From Gammaproteobacteria bacterium (lineage in GTDB: Bacteria; Pseudomonadota; Gammaproteobacteria; Eutrophobiales; Eutrophobiaceae), in NCBI GenBank assembly GCA_965215365.1, contig CBDCDS010000003.1:632383-696382 (forward strand): a DNA stretch of 64,000 bases. The letters are read 5' to 3'. The notes beneath the pieces are model-generated. The model saw only the letters and a program-made list of their open reading frames with translations. It did not search any database and was not told the DNA's origin. Made by a program: the position numbers and the translations under genes. Positions within the stretch are counted from its first letter, which is position 1; the number at the start of each line of letters is the position of its first letter. Shown here one piece after another: positions 1 to 9,096 of this stretch.

Positions 1-1388
1 GCATTCGCATCCCGCCGACCAAGCTGTATCGCAACGGGGAATTGCAAGCCGACATGCTCGAACTGATTCTGCACAATGTGCGCACCCCGCAATGGAACCG
101 CTTTGACTTAAATGCCCTGGTGGCGGCTTGCAATACCGCTGCGCGGCGCTGCGCGGAACTGGCCGAACGCTTCGGCGATGACGTGTTCTACTCCACCATG
201 GAAGTGATGCTGGAGCGCAACCATAGCGCCATGCAGCAGATCATCGAGATGATCGTGCCGGAACAACCCCGCAGTTTTGAGGACTACGTGTGTGATGATG
301 GCGTGGGCAACGGCCCCTACAAGATCAAGTGCACCCTCTGGCGCGAAGGCTCGCGCGCCATTTTTGACTTTGCCGGCACCGACCCGCAAGCGAACAGCTC
401 GATCAATTTCTTCCTGAGTGAGGACATGTTCAGGATGTTCTTTGGCGCCTTCACCATCAACCTGTTCGACCCGCAGATCCTGTTCAATGACGGGTTCTAC
501 GACCTGGTCGAGGTGCGCATCCCCCAAGGTTCGCTGCTGAAACCGAACTACCCCGCGGCCCTGTCCGGCCGTACCCATGCCTTGGGGCGGATTTTTGATG
601 TGATGGGCGGCCTGCTCGGCCAGGGCGCGCCGGAAGCCCTGAACGCAGCCGGCTTCTCCGACAGCCCACACCTGTTCTATTCCGGCTATGACGACAACGG
701 CGAGTGGTTCCAGCTGTTCCAGATCGGCTTCGGCGGCATCCCCGGCCGCCCCGCTGGCGACGGCCCGGACGGCCATTCGCTGTGGCCGAGCTTTACCAAC
801 GTGCCGAATGAGTTTATCGAAGCCTACTTCCCGTTGCGCATTGAAAAATACGAACCCATAGCCGATTCCGGCGGCGCCGGCCTGCACCGCGGCGGCAACG
901 GCCTGAGCGTGGCTTACCGCTTCCTGTGTGACGGTGCCATTGCCATCCACGATGAACGCTGGCTCACCTATCCCTGGGGTGTGAACGGCGGCGAGCCGGG
1001 ACAGCGTTCCAGCAAACAGCTGGTACGCGCCGACGGCACCGAGCAATGGCTGCCCGCCAAGTGCGAGGGGGTAGCAGTAAAAGTCGGCGACATCCTGTAT
1101 TTCAACACCTGGGGCGGCGGCGGCTGGGGCGACCCGTACCAGCGCGATCCCGAAATCGTGCGGCTGGACGTGGAACGCGGCCTGGTCAGTGCCGCCGGCG
1201 CCCGGCGCTACGGCGTTGTACTACACGATGACGGTAGCGTCGATGCAGCGGCCACGGACGCCCTGCGCGCGCAACTGAGCGCCGACAGAGGCGCAACGCC
1301 GATGTTCAACTTCGGCGGAACCATCGAGGACATCAAGGCCCGCGCGCTGGCAGAAACCCACCTGCCACCACCACAGACGCCGGGTTAG
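1..1388 (+). CDS. hydantoinase B/oxoprolinase (HyuB) family protein, 5'-partial; reading frame is open back to the window start
   Basis: ORF 42..1388 is in a frame with no stop back to nt 3. The sequence is HyuB/acetone-carboxylase-alpha-like and its length fits the C-terminal two thirds of the family. Confidence 0.6.
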   Translation, partial: IRIPPTKLYRNGELQADMLELILHNVRTPQWNRFDLNALVAACNTAARRCAELAERFGDDVFYSTMEVMLERNHSAMQQIIEMIVPEQPRSFEDYVCDDGVGNGPYKIKCTLWREGSRAIFDFAGTDPQANSSINFFLSEDMFRMFFGAFTINLFDPQILFNDGFYDLVEVRIPQGSLLKPNYPAALSGRTHALGRIFDVMGGLLGQGAPEALNAAGFSDSPHLFYSGYDDNGEWFQLFQIGFGGIPGRPAGDGPDGHSLWPSFTNVPNEFIEAYFPLRIEKYEPIADSGGAGLHRGGNGLSVAYRFLCDGAIAIHDERWLTYPWGVNGGEPGQRSSKQLVRADGTEQWLPAKCEGVAVKVGDILYFNTWGGGGWGDPYQRDPEIVRLDVERGLVSAAGARRYGVVLHDDGSVDAAATDALRAQLSADRGATPMFNFGGTIEDIKARALAETHLPPPQTPG

Positions 1389-1416
1389 GGTTGACCGGGG
1401 AAATCAGCAGCAGGTT

Positions 1417-1647
1417 TTAATTCACACTATCCGGGGCGGATGGCATATCAATGTTCCATGCCTCCATCAACAATGCCAACTGTCCCTCAATACGCGCCGT
1501 GCGCTGCTGTAAATCCACTACATCTCCTCTGATTCCGGCAATCTCCCCCTTTATTCCACTCTGCCCGGACAAGATCAAGCCAGCCAACAATGCGCCTACT
1601 GCAAAAATACTGATAATGATGCTGGTAACATCCGTTAGTTTGTACAT
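1417..1647 (-). CDS. small single-pass membrane protein with a coiled-coil tail (hypothetical)
   Basis: 76-aa ORF with a hydrophobic N-terminal helix followed by a heptad-like segment. The overlapping + strand ORF has non-protein-like composition. Confidence 0.3.
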   Translation of the reverse strand: MYKLTDVTSIIISIFAVGALLAGLILSGQSGIKGEIAGIRGDVVDLQQRTARIEGQLALLMEAWNIDMPSAPDSVN

Positions 1648-1737
1648 AACAGCCTCCTTTATTTGGGTAGCGCAAGTCTAGCGTGCCATTGAGATAATGG
1701 CAAGCACCAGTTCCGAGGCCGGGAGATAGAAACCTGC

Positions 1738-2553
1738 ATGTGGCGTCGTCGCAAGTCTATCAGTGACGCCGATTGGGTGGCCGCGCTGGACGCTGTTCCC
1801 ATGCTTGCCCCGCTTGCTGACGCTGAGCGCTTACAACTCAGGGAACTGTCTGCGCGTTTTATCGCCAGCAAATCCATTGAACCGGTGCGCGGACAGCGCC
1901 TCGATACGGCTGATCTTGTTGTGTTGGCCGCGCAAGCCTGCCTGCCGGTACTGGCCCTGGGTCTTGAGGCTTACGCCTCGTGGCAGAGTGTTGTGGTTTA
2001 TCCCGGCGGGTTTGTTGCGCGTGAACGCGAGGTGGACGAAGCCGGGGTCGAACACGAATGGGATGAGGCACGCGCCGGCGAGTCCTGGTTGCGCGGCCCG
2101 GTCATCCTGTCCTGGGAGGACGTTCTGGCCTCAGGACAAGGCGAGGGTTATAACGTCGTCATCCACGAGATGGCGCACAAGCTCGATATGCTCGACGGCG
2201 AGGCCAACGGCCGCCCGCCACTGCACCGGGAGATGGACGCAGAGCTCTGGCGCCGCGACTTCCGCGCCGCCTTCGACGACCTGAAACGTCGTATCGATGC
2301 CGGTGAGAAATCGGCAATCGATGACTACGCAACCACCGACCCCGGTGAGTTCTTTGCCGTGACCAGCGAGTATTTCTTTGACGCCCCCGGTGTGCTTGCC
2401 GACGAGTATCCGGCCGTTTATACGCGCCTGAGCGAATTCTATCGCCAGCGCCCACGCGCGCGCTTTGAGCGGTCAAAAGCAGTTTATCGTGAAAAGTTGC
2501 CGGGCAAGGGCAATAACAGTACCATTGACTCAGCTCATCCGCCCAGAAGATAA
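1738..2553 (+). CDS. mtfA: MtfA-like zinc-dependent peptidase (M90 family)
   Basis: HEMAHKLD zinc-binding motif. Length of 271 aa and overall sequence are typical of MtfA / DUF980. Confidence 0.65.
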   Translation: MWRRRKSISDADWVAALDAVPMLAPLADAERLQLRELSARFIASKSIEPVRGQRLDTADLVVLAAQACLPVLALGLEAYASWQSVVVYPGGFVAREREVDEAGVEHEWDEARAGESWLRGPVILSWEDVLASGQGEGYNVVIHEMAHKLDMLDGEANGRPPLHREMDAELWRRDFRAAFDDLKRRIDAGEKSAIDDYATTDPGEFFAVTSEYFFDAPGVLADEYPAVYTRLSEFYRQRPRARFERSKAVYREKLPGKGNNSTIDSAHPPRR

Positions 2554-2585
2554 AATTACACAAAGAAAATGACCACCGAACAACT

Positions 2586-2948
2586 TTGGGGGACAGAGGA
2601 ATCCCCTTAGAAAATCTGACGGGTTCGGAACATGACGACATCCTGGCAGGTGACCGGCGTGATAACTTTCTCATTGGCGGCGGCGGGCACGACACCTTCA
2701 AGCTCTCCACCGACCCGTTCTTTTATGCCTCGTGGCTCAACCAAGTGGAGCGATGGTTCGGACTCATCACGCAACAGGCTATCCGACGCGGCTCCTTCTC
2801 CTCAGTGAAACAACTTGTCAACAAAATCAACCAATTTGTGAACCACTACAATGATAACTCTCGCCCCTTCGTCTGGACTGCCACGGCTGAATCCATCCTC
2901 AACAAAGTAGAAAGATTATGCACAGTTATTTCCGGGACAGCACACTAG
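2586..2948 (+). pseudogene. mosaic remnant: an RTX-type Ca-binding repeat fragment (about 2586-2700) fused to an IS630-family transposase C-terminal fragment (about 2700-2948)
   Basis: N-terminal part carries GGxGxDxUx-like nonapeptides (LAGDRRDNFLIGGGGHDTFK). C-terminal part, SWLNQVERWFGLITQQAIRRGSF...YNDNSRPFVW, is the conserved end of IS630/Tc1 DDE transposases. No intact N-terminus is present. Confidence 0.55.
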
Positions 2949-3205
2949 AGGTGGCCATTCAAGCGGATTTATGCCCTTGTGCGGGTGCCGACCAGAGTTT
3001 TTCCAGTTGGTAATAGTCTCTGGTATCGGGGTGCATGACGTGGGCAATGACGTCGCCGAAGTCGATCAGAATCCACTCTGCCTGCTGCCGGCCTTCCACA
3101 CCCAGCGGTCTGATCTGCCGGGCCCGCGCCACCTCTATCACCTTGTCCGCAATGGCCTTGACCTGACGGTCGGAAGCGCCGCTAGCGATGATCATGTAAT
3201 CGGTC
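2901..3205. repeat. 305-bp direct repeat (left copy) flanking the IS1634-like element; identical to 5099-5403
   Basis: Base-for-base identity to 5099-5403 by direct reading. Contains the 3' end of the IS630 fragment and the 3' 78 codons of rsfS. Confidence 0.85.
2959..3195 (-). pseudogene. truncated duplicate of rsfS (C-terminal 78 codons only)
   Basis: Translation is identical to the C-terminus of the full rsfS at 5157-5495. It lies inside the 305-bp direct repeat. Confidence 0.8.
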
Positions 3206-5098
3206 CCGACTTCGACGGTCTGGTGCTTACTTTATCTGAAAATCTCTTGTAAATCAAAACGTGTTTTGGAGCAGGCAGTTGTAGTGCCTAGTTGATATTT
3301 GTAGCTTGACATTGTGGGCGGCGCGTGGTATCCTCCGGGCTATGTTCGTGCGCGTCAAAACCACCCCCAACAGCCCGCGTCAATCCGTACAACTCGTCGA
3401 GTCAGTGCGTGACGGCAAGGCCGTGCGCCAGCGCATTGTGCGCCATATCGGTATTGCCTTCGATGAAGACGAGCTCGTCCGGCTCAAAGACTTAGCCGAA
3501 GTGGTCAAAGCCAAACTTCAGGCCGAGACCCAGCCCGAGCTGTTCCCGCCCGAAGATGTCGCCGAGCAACTCAGCGCCGCCCGCGCCCGGCAGGACGACT
3601 CACCGCTGAAAGTCGAGCTCAAAGCCCTGCGGGAAACCCAGCGTGTCATCAGCGGCATCCATGCGGTGTACGGCGCCGTGTACGAGGACTTAGGGCTGTC
3701 CCGGTTGCTGCCAGCCTGGCGCTACCGGGCCTCGCACAAAGCGCTGTTCCATACGGTGATGGCGCGCCTAGCCAACCCGGACAGCAAACGGGCCAGTGTG
3801 CGCGCCCTGACAGCCGACTTCGGCGTGCAAGTGTCCCTGCCCCAAATCTACCGCATGATGGACTTGCTCGATGCGGCCTGTATCGAACGCCTCAATACCC
3901 TGGCCGAGACCCAAGCCCGGGCGCTGCTCGGCGGGCCGCTACGCGTGCTGTTCTTCGATTGCACCACCTTGTACTTTGAATCATTCACCGACGATGAGCT
4001 CAAACAACCCGGCTACAGCAAAGACGCCAAGTTCAAAGAATGCCAGGTGCTGCTGGCCCTGGCCGTCACCGACACCGGCCTGCCCGTGCGCTACACCGTG
4101 CTGCCCGGCGCCACCTTCGAGGGACACAGCCTCATCCCGGTGGTCAAAGCCTTACAAACCGACTGTCAGGCCGACAACGCCGTGGTCGTTGCCGACCGGG
4201 GGCTGCTGAGCAGGGATAACCTCAGCGCCTTAGAGGACGCCGGCCTGCACTACATCGTCGGTGCCCGACTCAAGTCCCTGCCGCACGCCCTGCAAACCCA
4301 AGTGCTCGATGAAGACCGCTATGAGACCCTGACAGATAGCGACGGACTGCGGGTGGCGGACCTACCCCACGACTCCCGCCGTCTGGTGGTGGGCTACTCC
4401 CCAGTGCGTGCCGAGAAAGACCGGCATGACCGCGACCAGGCCATCGCCAAGCTCCGTGAGAAACTGGCCAAAAGCCAAAACCCCAAAGACCTGCTCAACA
4501 ACTACGGTTATAAGAAATACCTCAAGGTAGACGGCAACAGTACCCTCAGCGTCAACCCCGATAAAATTGCCCAAGCACAACGCTGGGACGGCCTGCACGG
4601 GGTTATCACCAACCTGCCAACATCTACCACCGCCCCCGCCATCTTAAGCCAGTATCGCGGCCTGTGGCAGGTCGAAGATACCTTCCGGGTAAGTAAGCAC
4701 GATCTCAAGATAAGACCCATCTACCACTGGACCCCCCGACGCATCGAAGCCCACATCGCCATCGCCTTTATGTCCCTGCTCTGTGTCCGACACCTGCAAT
4801 ACCGCATGACCCTGCAAGCCAAGCCGGTCTCCCCCGAAGTCATCCGCAACGCGCTGGCCCACGTGCAGCACAGTGTCCTGACACATCAACAGACACACCG
4901 CCGCTACGTGATTCCCTCCGCCATCAGTGAAACCGCCCGGCGCCTCTACAAAATCATGGGATTGAGTCACTCCACCACCCCCTACGAGCTCAAATAGCCC
5001 GCCCCTGAGAACGCCGAAACAAGGCAATTGTAGTGCCTACGGGTCAACGCGCCTTCAATAAAATCAATCAGTTAGAGAAATAAACCGTCGAAGTCGGG
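3206..5098 (+). mobile_element. IS1634-like insertion sequence (IS4 superfamily), about 1.9 kb, with 14-15-bp terminal inverted repeats (CCGACTTCGACGGT)
   Basis: Left end cccgacttcgacggt and right end accgtcgaagtcggg are perfect inverted repeats. A single 563-aa transposase ORF lies inside. The element is flanked by 305-bp direct repeats. Confidence 0.75.
3306..4997 (+). CDS. DDE transposase, IS1634 family-like (IS4 superfamily)
   Basis: 563 aa. The N-terminus MFVRVKTT...SVQLVESVRDGKAVRQRIVRHIG resembles IS1634-group transposases. It sits between the IRs. Confidence 0.7.
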   Translation: MTLWAARGILRAMFVRVKTTPNSPRQSVQLVESVRDGKAVRQRIVRHIGIAFDEDELVRLKDLAEVVKAKLQAETQPELFPPEDVAEQLSAARARQDDSPLKVELKALRETQRVISGIHAVYGAVYEDLGLSRLLPAWRYRASHKALFHTVMARLANPDSKRASVRALTADFGVQVSLPQIYRMMDLLDAACIERLNTLAETQARALLGGPLRVLFFDCTTLYFESFTDDELKQPGYSKDAKFKECQVLLALAVTDTGLPVRYTVLPGATFEGHSLIPVVKALQTDCQADNAVVVADRGLLSRDNLSALEDAGLHYIVGARLKSLPHALQTQVLDEDRYETLTDSDGLRVADLPHDSRRLVVGYSPVRAEKDRHDRDQAIAKLREKLAKSQNPKDLLNNYGYKKYLKVDGNSTLSVNPDKIAQAQRWDGLHGVITNLPTSTTAPAILSQYRGLWQVEDTFRVSKHDLKIRPIYHWTPRRIEAHIAIAFMSLLCVRHLQYRMTLQAKPVSPEVIRNALAHVQHSVLTHQQTHRRYVIPSAISETARRLYKIMGLSHSTTPYELK

Positions 5099-5403
5099 AA
5101 CAAAGTAGAAAGATTATGCACAGTTATTTCCGGGACAGCACACTAGAGGTGGCCATTCAAGCGGATTTATGCCCTTGTGCGGGTGCCGACCAGAGTTTTT
5201 CCAGTTGGTAATAGTCTCTGGTATCGGGGTGCATGACGTGGGCAATGACGTCGCCGAAGTCGATCAGAATCCACTCTGCCTGCTGCCGGCCTTCCACACC
5301 CAGCGGTCTGATCTGCCGGGCCCGCGCCACCTCTATCACCTTGTCCGCAATGGCCTTGACCTGACGGTCGGAAGCGCCGCTAGCGATGATCATGTAATCG
5401 GTC
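5099..5403. repeat. 305-bp direct repeat (right copy) flanking the IS1634-like element
   Basis: Identical to 2901-3205. Confidence 0.85.
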
Positions 5404-5495
5404 ATGGGGCTCGATGCGCGTACATCGAAGGTCTGTATGTCCCGGGCTTTAAGGTCGTCCATGGTGGCGGCGAGCAGACGGGTGAGGCTGTTCAT
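5157..5495 (-). CDS. rsfS: ribosomal silencing factor RsfS (Iojap/YbeB)
   Basis: 112 aa with the Iojap-like sequence. Conserved position downstream of nadD, with a 4-bp overlap. Confidence 0.85.
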   Translation of the reverse strand: MNSLTRLLAATMDDLKARDIQTFDVRASSPMTDYMIIASGASDRQVKAIADKVIEVARARQIRPLGVEGRQQAEWILIDFGDVIAHVMHPDTRDYYQLEKLWSAPAQGHKSA

Positions 5496-6205
5496 GTGTA
5501 TAACTGGCGCTCCTTGATGTAAGCGTGGACGCCGGGGGGCAGGAGACGCTCTGCAGGCCCCGCTTCGTGCAGCAATGCGCGCGCCTGTGACGATGAAATA
5601 TCCGGGACTGTGAGCGCGGCGCGGTGGATACAGCCGGCCCGGCGCTCATGCAGGCGCGCCGCGTCAGGGCAGGCGCGCGCGTCATAATACTCGCGCAACG
5701 GTTCGCGCCAGGTCGTTGGCCGCGCCGCGCCCCGGTCGATGATCACCAGGTGTGCATGGTCGGTGAGCTCGCGCCAGCGGCGCCAGCTGGGCAGGGTGGC
5801 AAACGCGTCCGCGCCCAGGATGAAACAGAATGATTGCTGCGGCGCGGCGGCGCGCAGGCTGAGCAAGGTGTCGATAGTGTAGGACATCCCGCCCCGGTCG
5901 ATCTCGATGGCACTGGAGGTCAGTTGCGGATAGGGCCGCAACGCCAGTTCCAGCATGGCCAGCCGCGGCTGCGGCCCGGCGCTGGCAACGACTTTATGGG
6001 GTGGGATATGAGCCGGGATAAAACGCACTTCCTGCAGATCCAGGATGTCGAGACAGGCCCGTGCAATCTGAATATGAACGCTATGCACCGGATCAAAGGC
6101 GCCACCAAGCAAACCGATGGGCTTCCCTTCACTCACTGCCGGGCGTCTCGAAGGTGCTGTGAGCGGCGCTTTCAGGGGTTCCTTACTCTCTGATATGACC
6201 ATCAC
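5492..6205 (-). CDS. nadD: nicotinate-nucleotide adenylyltransferase
   Basis: [15 protein letters not shown] (the HxGH nucleotidyltransferase motif). Conserved synteny proA-nadD-rsfS. Confidence 0.85.
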   Translation of the reverse strand: MMVISESKEPLKAPLTAPSRRPAVSEGKPIGLLGGAFDPVHSVHIQIARACLDILDLQEVRFIPAHIPPHKVVASAGPQPRLAMLELALRPYPQLTSSAIEIDRGGMSYTIDTLLSLRAAAPQQSFCFILGADAFATLPSWRRWRELTDHAHLVIIDRGAARPTTWREPLREYYDARACPDAARLHERRAGCIHRAALTVPDISSSQARALLHEAGPAERLLPPGVHAYIKERQLYT

Positions 6206-7439
6206 CGATAACGATGAACTTCTGCGAGGTCAACCCTTCCAGCCCCACCGGGCCGCGCGCATGGAACTTGTCGGTGCTGATGCCGATCTCCGCGCCCAGG
6301 CCGTACTCATAACCGTCGGCGAAGCGGGTCGAGGCATTCACCATGACCGAACTGGAATCGACCTCGGCTAGGAAGCGCCGGGCGTGGGCCAGGTTTTCGG
6401 TGACAATGGCGTCGGTGTGCCTCGAGCCGTAGCGCGCGATATGTTGCAGCGCTTCATCGAGGCCGCTGACGACCCGCAACGACATGATCGGTGCCAGATA
6501 CTCCGTATAGTAATCCGCGTCGGTCGCAGCCGTTATCTGCGGCAGGATTTGCCGGGCCCGGGCATCGCCGCGTATCTCCACGCCGGCCTCAGCCAGCATG
6601 GGGCCGAGGCGCGCCAGCACGGCTTCGGCTTGCGCCTCTGCCAACAGCAGGCACTCCATGGTGCAGCAGGTGCCGTAACGCTGGGTCTTGGCGTTATAGG
6701 CGATGGTGACGGCCTTGTCCACATCCGCATGCGTATCCACATAGACATGGCAGACCCCGTCCAGATGCTTGATCACCGGCATTCTGGCCTCCTTGCTGAT
6801 GCGTTCGATGAGCCCCTTGCCGCCGCGCGGGATAATCACGTCGATATACTCGCTCAGGGTCAGCAGCTCGCCCACCGCGGCGCGGTCGGTAGTCTCTACC
6901 ACCTGCACCGCCGCGCCCGGCAGGCTGGCGTCCTGCAAGCCGGCGGCAATGGCGGCGGCAACGGCCTGATTAGAATTGATCGCCTCGGAGCCGCCTCTCA
7001 GGACGGTCGCATTGCCGGATTTTATGCACAGGCCGGCGGCGTCGGCGGTGACGTTGGGGCGGGACTCGTAGATAATGCCCACCACCCCCAGCGGCACGCG
7101 CATCCGCCCCACCTGAATCCCGGTCGGCCGATAGTTCAGATCCGTGACCGCGCCGATAGGATCCGGCAACGCCGCCACCTGTTGCAAGCCGTCAGCCATG
7201 GCCTCGAGGCGCGCCGGGGTCAACTCCAACCGGTCCAGCAATGGCGCCGCCAGCTGTTGTTCCCGCGCCGCGGCAAGGTCGGTGGCATTCGCTGCGAAAA
7301 TGGTTTCGCGGCGCGCTCGCAGATGTTCGGCCACGGCCGCCAGCGCAGCGTTTTTTGCGCCCGTGTCGGCGCGCGCCATAGCCCGCGCCGCGTCCCGCGC
7401 GGCGCGCCCCAGTGACTGCATATAATCCCGAATAGTCAT
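6183..7439 (-). CDS. proA: gamma-glutamyl phosphate reductase
   Basis: 418 aa. ProA/aldehyde dehydrogenase family sequence in the conserved position upstream of nadD. Confidence 0.85.
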   Translation of the reverse strand: MTIRDYMQSLGRAARDAARAMARADTGAKNAALAAVAEHLRARRETIFAANATDLAAAREQQLAAPLLDRLELTPARLEAMADGLQQVAALPDPIGAVTDLNYRPTGIQVGRMRVPLGVVGIIYESRPNVTADAAGLCIKSGNATVLRGGSEAINSNQAVAAAIAAGLQDASLPGAAVQVVETTDRAAVGELLTLSEYIDVIIPRGGKGLIERISKEARMPVIKHLDGVCHVYVDTHADVDKAVTIAYNAKTQRYGTCCTMECLLLAEAQAEAVLARLGPMLAEAGVEIRGDARARQILPQITAATDADYYTEYLAPIMSLRVVSGLDEALQHIARYGSRHTDAIVTENLAHARRFLAEVDSSSVMVNASTRFADGYEYGLGAEIGISTDKFHARGPVGLEGLTSQKFIVIGDGHIRE

Positions 7440-7446
7440 GCGGTTG

Positions 7447-8475
7447 TCATGCTCTTTTACGCTCCAGCCGGTGCCCGCTCAGGCTGAACAGGAAGCGCTC
7501 CAGCAGTTGCCAGCCATCCGCCGGCAGCGCGCCTTTCAGAGCCTTGTCCACCTCTAGGGCGTCAACCAGCAGCGCCGACATAGCTGCCGGACTGAGGCGC
7601 GCCAACAGCATTTTAAGCCCCTTCCGGTCGCGCTCCAACACCCGCTGGGCCTGATATACCTGCTCTTGCGGTTTGCCGCGCGCCACCTCATGGGCGATCG
7701 CGCCGGCGCGCCGCAAGCCCCACATCAGCGCGCCATACACACTGAGCGGCTCGGCGCCTTCGTGTTTAAGTCCGCGCAACATCCTAGCGACGCGTTCGGA
7801 GCGCCCCAGAAAGACGTTCTCAATCAGGTCGAACACCTGGTAACGGGCACTGTCCACCACCATGTTCAACACCGCGTCACGGTCGATATCCGCCTGTTCC
7901 ACCAGCAACGCCAGTTTATCAATTTCCTGCTGTGCCGCCAGCAGGTTGCCCTCCACCCGTTGCGCCACCAGCTGTGCGGCCTCCCGGGTCATCTGTTTCC
8001 CCTGCGCCCGGCAGCGGTCCATAATCCAGCCCGGCAATCTGGCTCCCTCAACCGGCCAGATCTGCATGCAACAGCCTTGTTGTTCCAGTGCCTTGAACCA
8101 TTTCGTCTGCTGAGTCTTGCGGTCAATACGCGCCGTGGTCAACAGCAACAGGTTATCCGCAGCACACCCGGCTGCGTAATCGGTCAGGGCCGCGCCACCT
8201 TCCCGGCCGGGCTTGCTGCTACCCAGCCGCAACTCGATGATGCGACGACTGGAAAACAGCGACAGGTTGGCGCCGGCCTCACGCAGCTCGCGCCAGTCAA
8301 ATCCGTTGGCGGCATCCAGCACCACACGTTCTTCGTAACCCAGCGCGCGGGCGCGCGTGCGGATGCGGTCGCTGGCTTCCAGCATTTGCAACGGCTCATC
8401 GCCGCTGAGGTAATAGACCGGCAGTAGCTCGGGTTTACTCAGGTGCGCCGGGAGTTGCTCTGGCTTCAGTCGCAT
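7447..8475 (-). CDS. holA: DNA polymerase III delta subunit
   Basis: 342 aa, HolA-like, in the conserved leuS-lptE-holA arrangement. Confidence 0.8.
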   Translation of the reverse strand: MRLKPEQLPAHLSKPELLPVYYLSGDEPLQMLEASDRIRTRARALGYEERVVLDAANGFDWRELREAGANLSLFSSRRIIELRLGSSKPGREGGAALTDYAAGCAADNLLLLTTARIDRKTQQTKWFKALEQQGCCMQIWPVEGARLPGWIMDRCRAQGKQMTREAAQLVAQRVEGNLLAAQQEIDKLALLVEQADIDRDAVLNMVVDSARYQVFDLIENVFLGRSERVARMLRGLKHEGAEPLSVYGALMWGLRRAGAIAHEVARGKPQEQVYQAQRVLERDRKGLKMLLARLSPAAMSALLVDALEVDKALKGALPADGWQLLERFLFSLSGHRLERKRA

Positions 8476-8535
8476 CGGGTGTTCCTGCTACCTGCTACTC
8501 TTGTAACCTGATTTTGACATGTTCAGGCAGCGGGC

Positions 8536-9045
8536 TTACTGCGCCAGCGTATTGAGCCGTTCTGCAATGCGGGCCGCAGCCTGTTCGAGCAGTTCTTCCT
8601 TGATAGTCTCCTCCTCGGCAAATTTCCCCAGCGCCGCATCTTCGTCTAAGGCGTAGTCGCCGCTGACCCGCAGCGGCTGCCGGGCCACCAGCGCCTCGCC
8701 GTCGGCATTGCTGATACTGATGTGGGTGTTGAACACGATCAGGTACTCTTCCACCTTGCCGGTGGCGGGCGATACACTGGCCACCTGCCGCACAAATTCC
8801 TCGCCGTGCAAGGTCAGCGTGTAGTCGGCGTCCTTACGGCCGGCGCTGAGGGTGGCCCCGGCCGTAACCAGACGCGCCCGTAGCGCATCGGCAAGCGGGC
8901 CGGCGGCACCAATAACGTGGACGCGGTAAGCAGCCGGGGCGGGGGCGCCCTTGGCGGCACTCAAATTCTGACCGCGCAGGTGATAGCCGCAACCCTGGGC
9001 CAGGATTATGGCGAGCAGGACAACATGCCAGAACGGGATTCTCAT
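8536..9045 (-). CDS. lptE: LPS-assembly lipoprotein LptE
   Basis: Signal peptide plus lipobox (LAQGCGYHLRG is the LptE signature). Located downstream of leuS. Confidence 0.85.
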   Translation of the reverse strand: MRIPFWHVVLLAIILAQGCGYHLRGQNLSAAKGAPAPAAYRVHVIGAAGPLADALRARLVTAGATLSAGRKDADYTLTLHGEEFVRQVASVSPATGKVEEYLIVFNTHISISNADGEALVARQPLRVSGDYALDEDAALGKFAEEETIKEELLEQAAARIAERLNTLAQ

Positions 9046-9096
9046 TGCCTCAAAGGATACGGTGTTATGGCGTTCGATACAAGGCCAGACGGCGCC

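Noticed and set aside
1451-1681. 76-aa + strand ORF overlapping the small membrane protein gene
   Set aside because: Cys/Pro-rich, non-protein-like composition. The minus-strand frame is more plausible.
6384-7415. Long + strand ORF (343 aa) antisense to proA, with similar antisense ORFs opposite holA (7666-8427), leuS (9595-11070), pfp (40355-40957) and hsdR (51124-52755)
   Set aside because: These are high-GC antisense open frames with low-complexity Arg/Ala/Gly-rich translations. The opposite-strand genes have strong family signatures.
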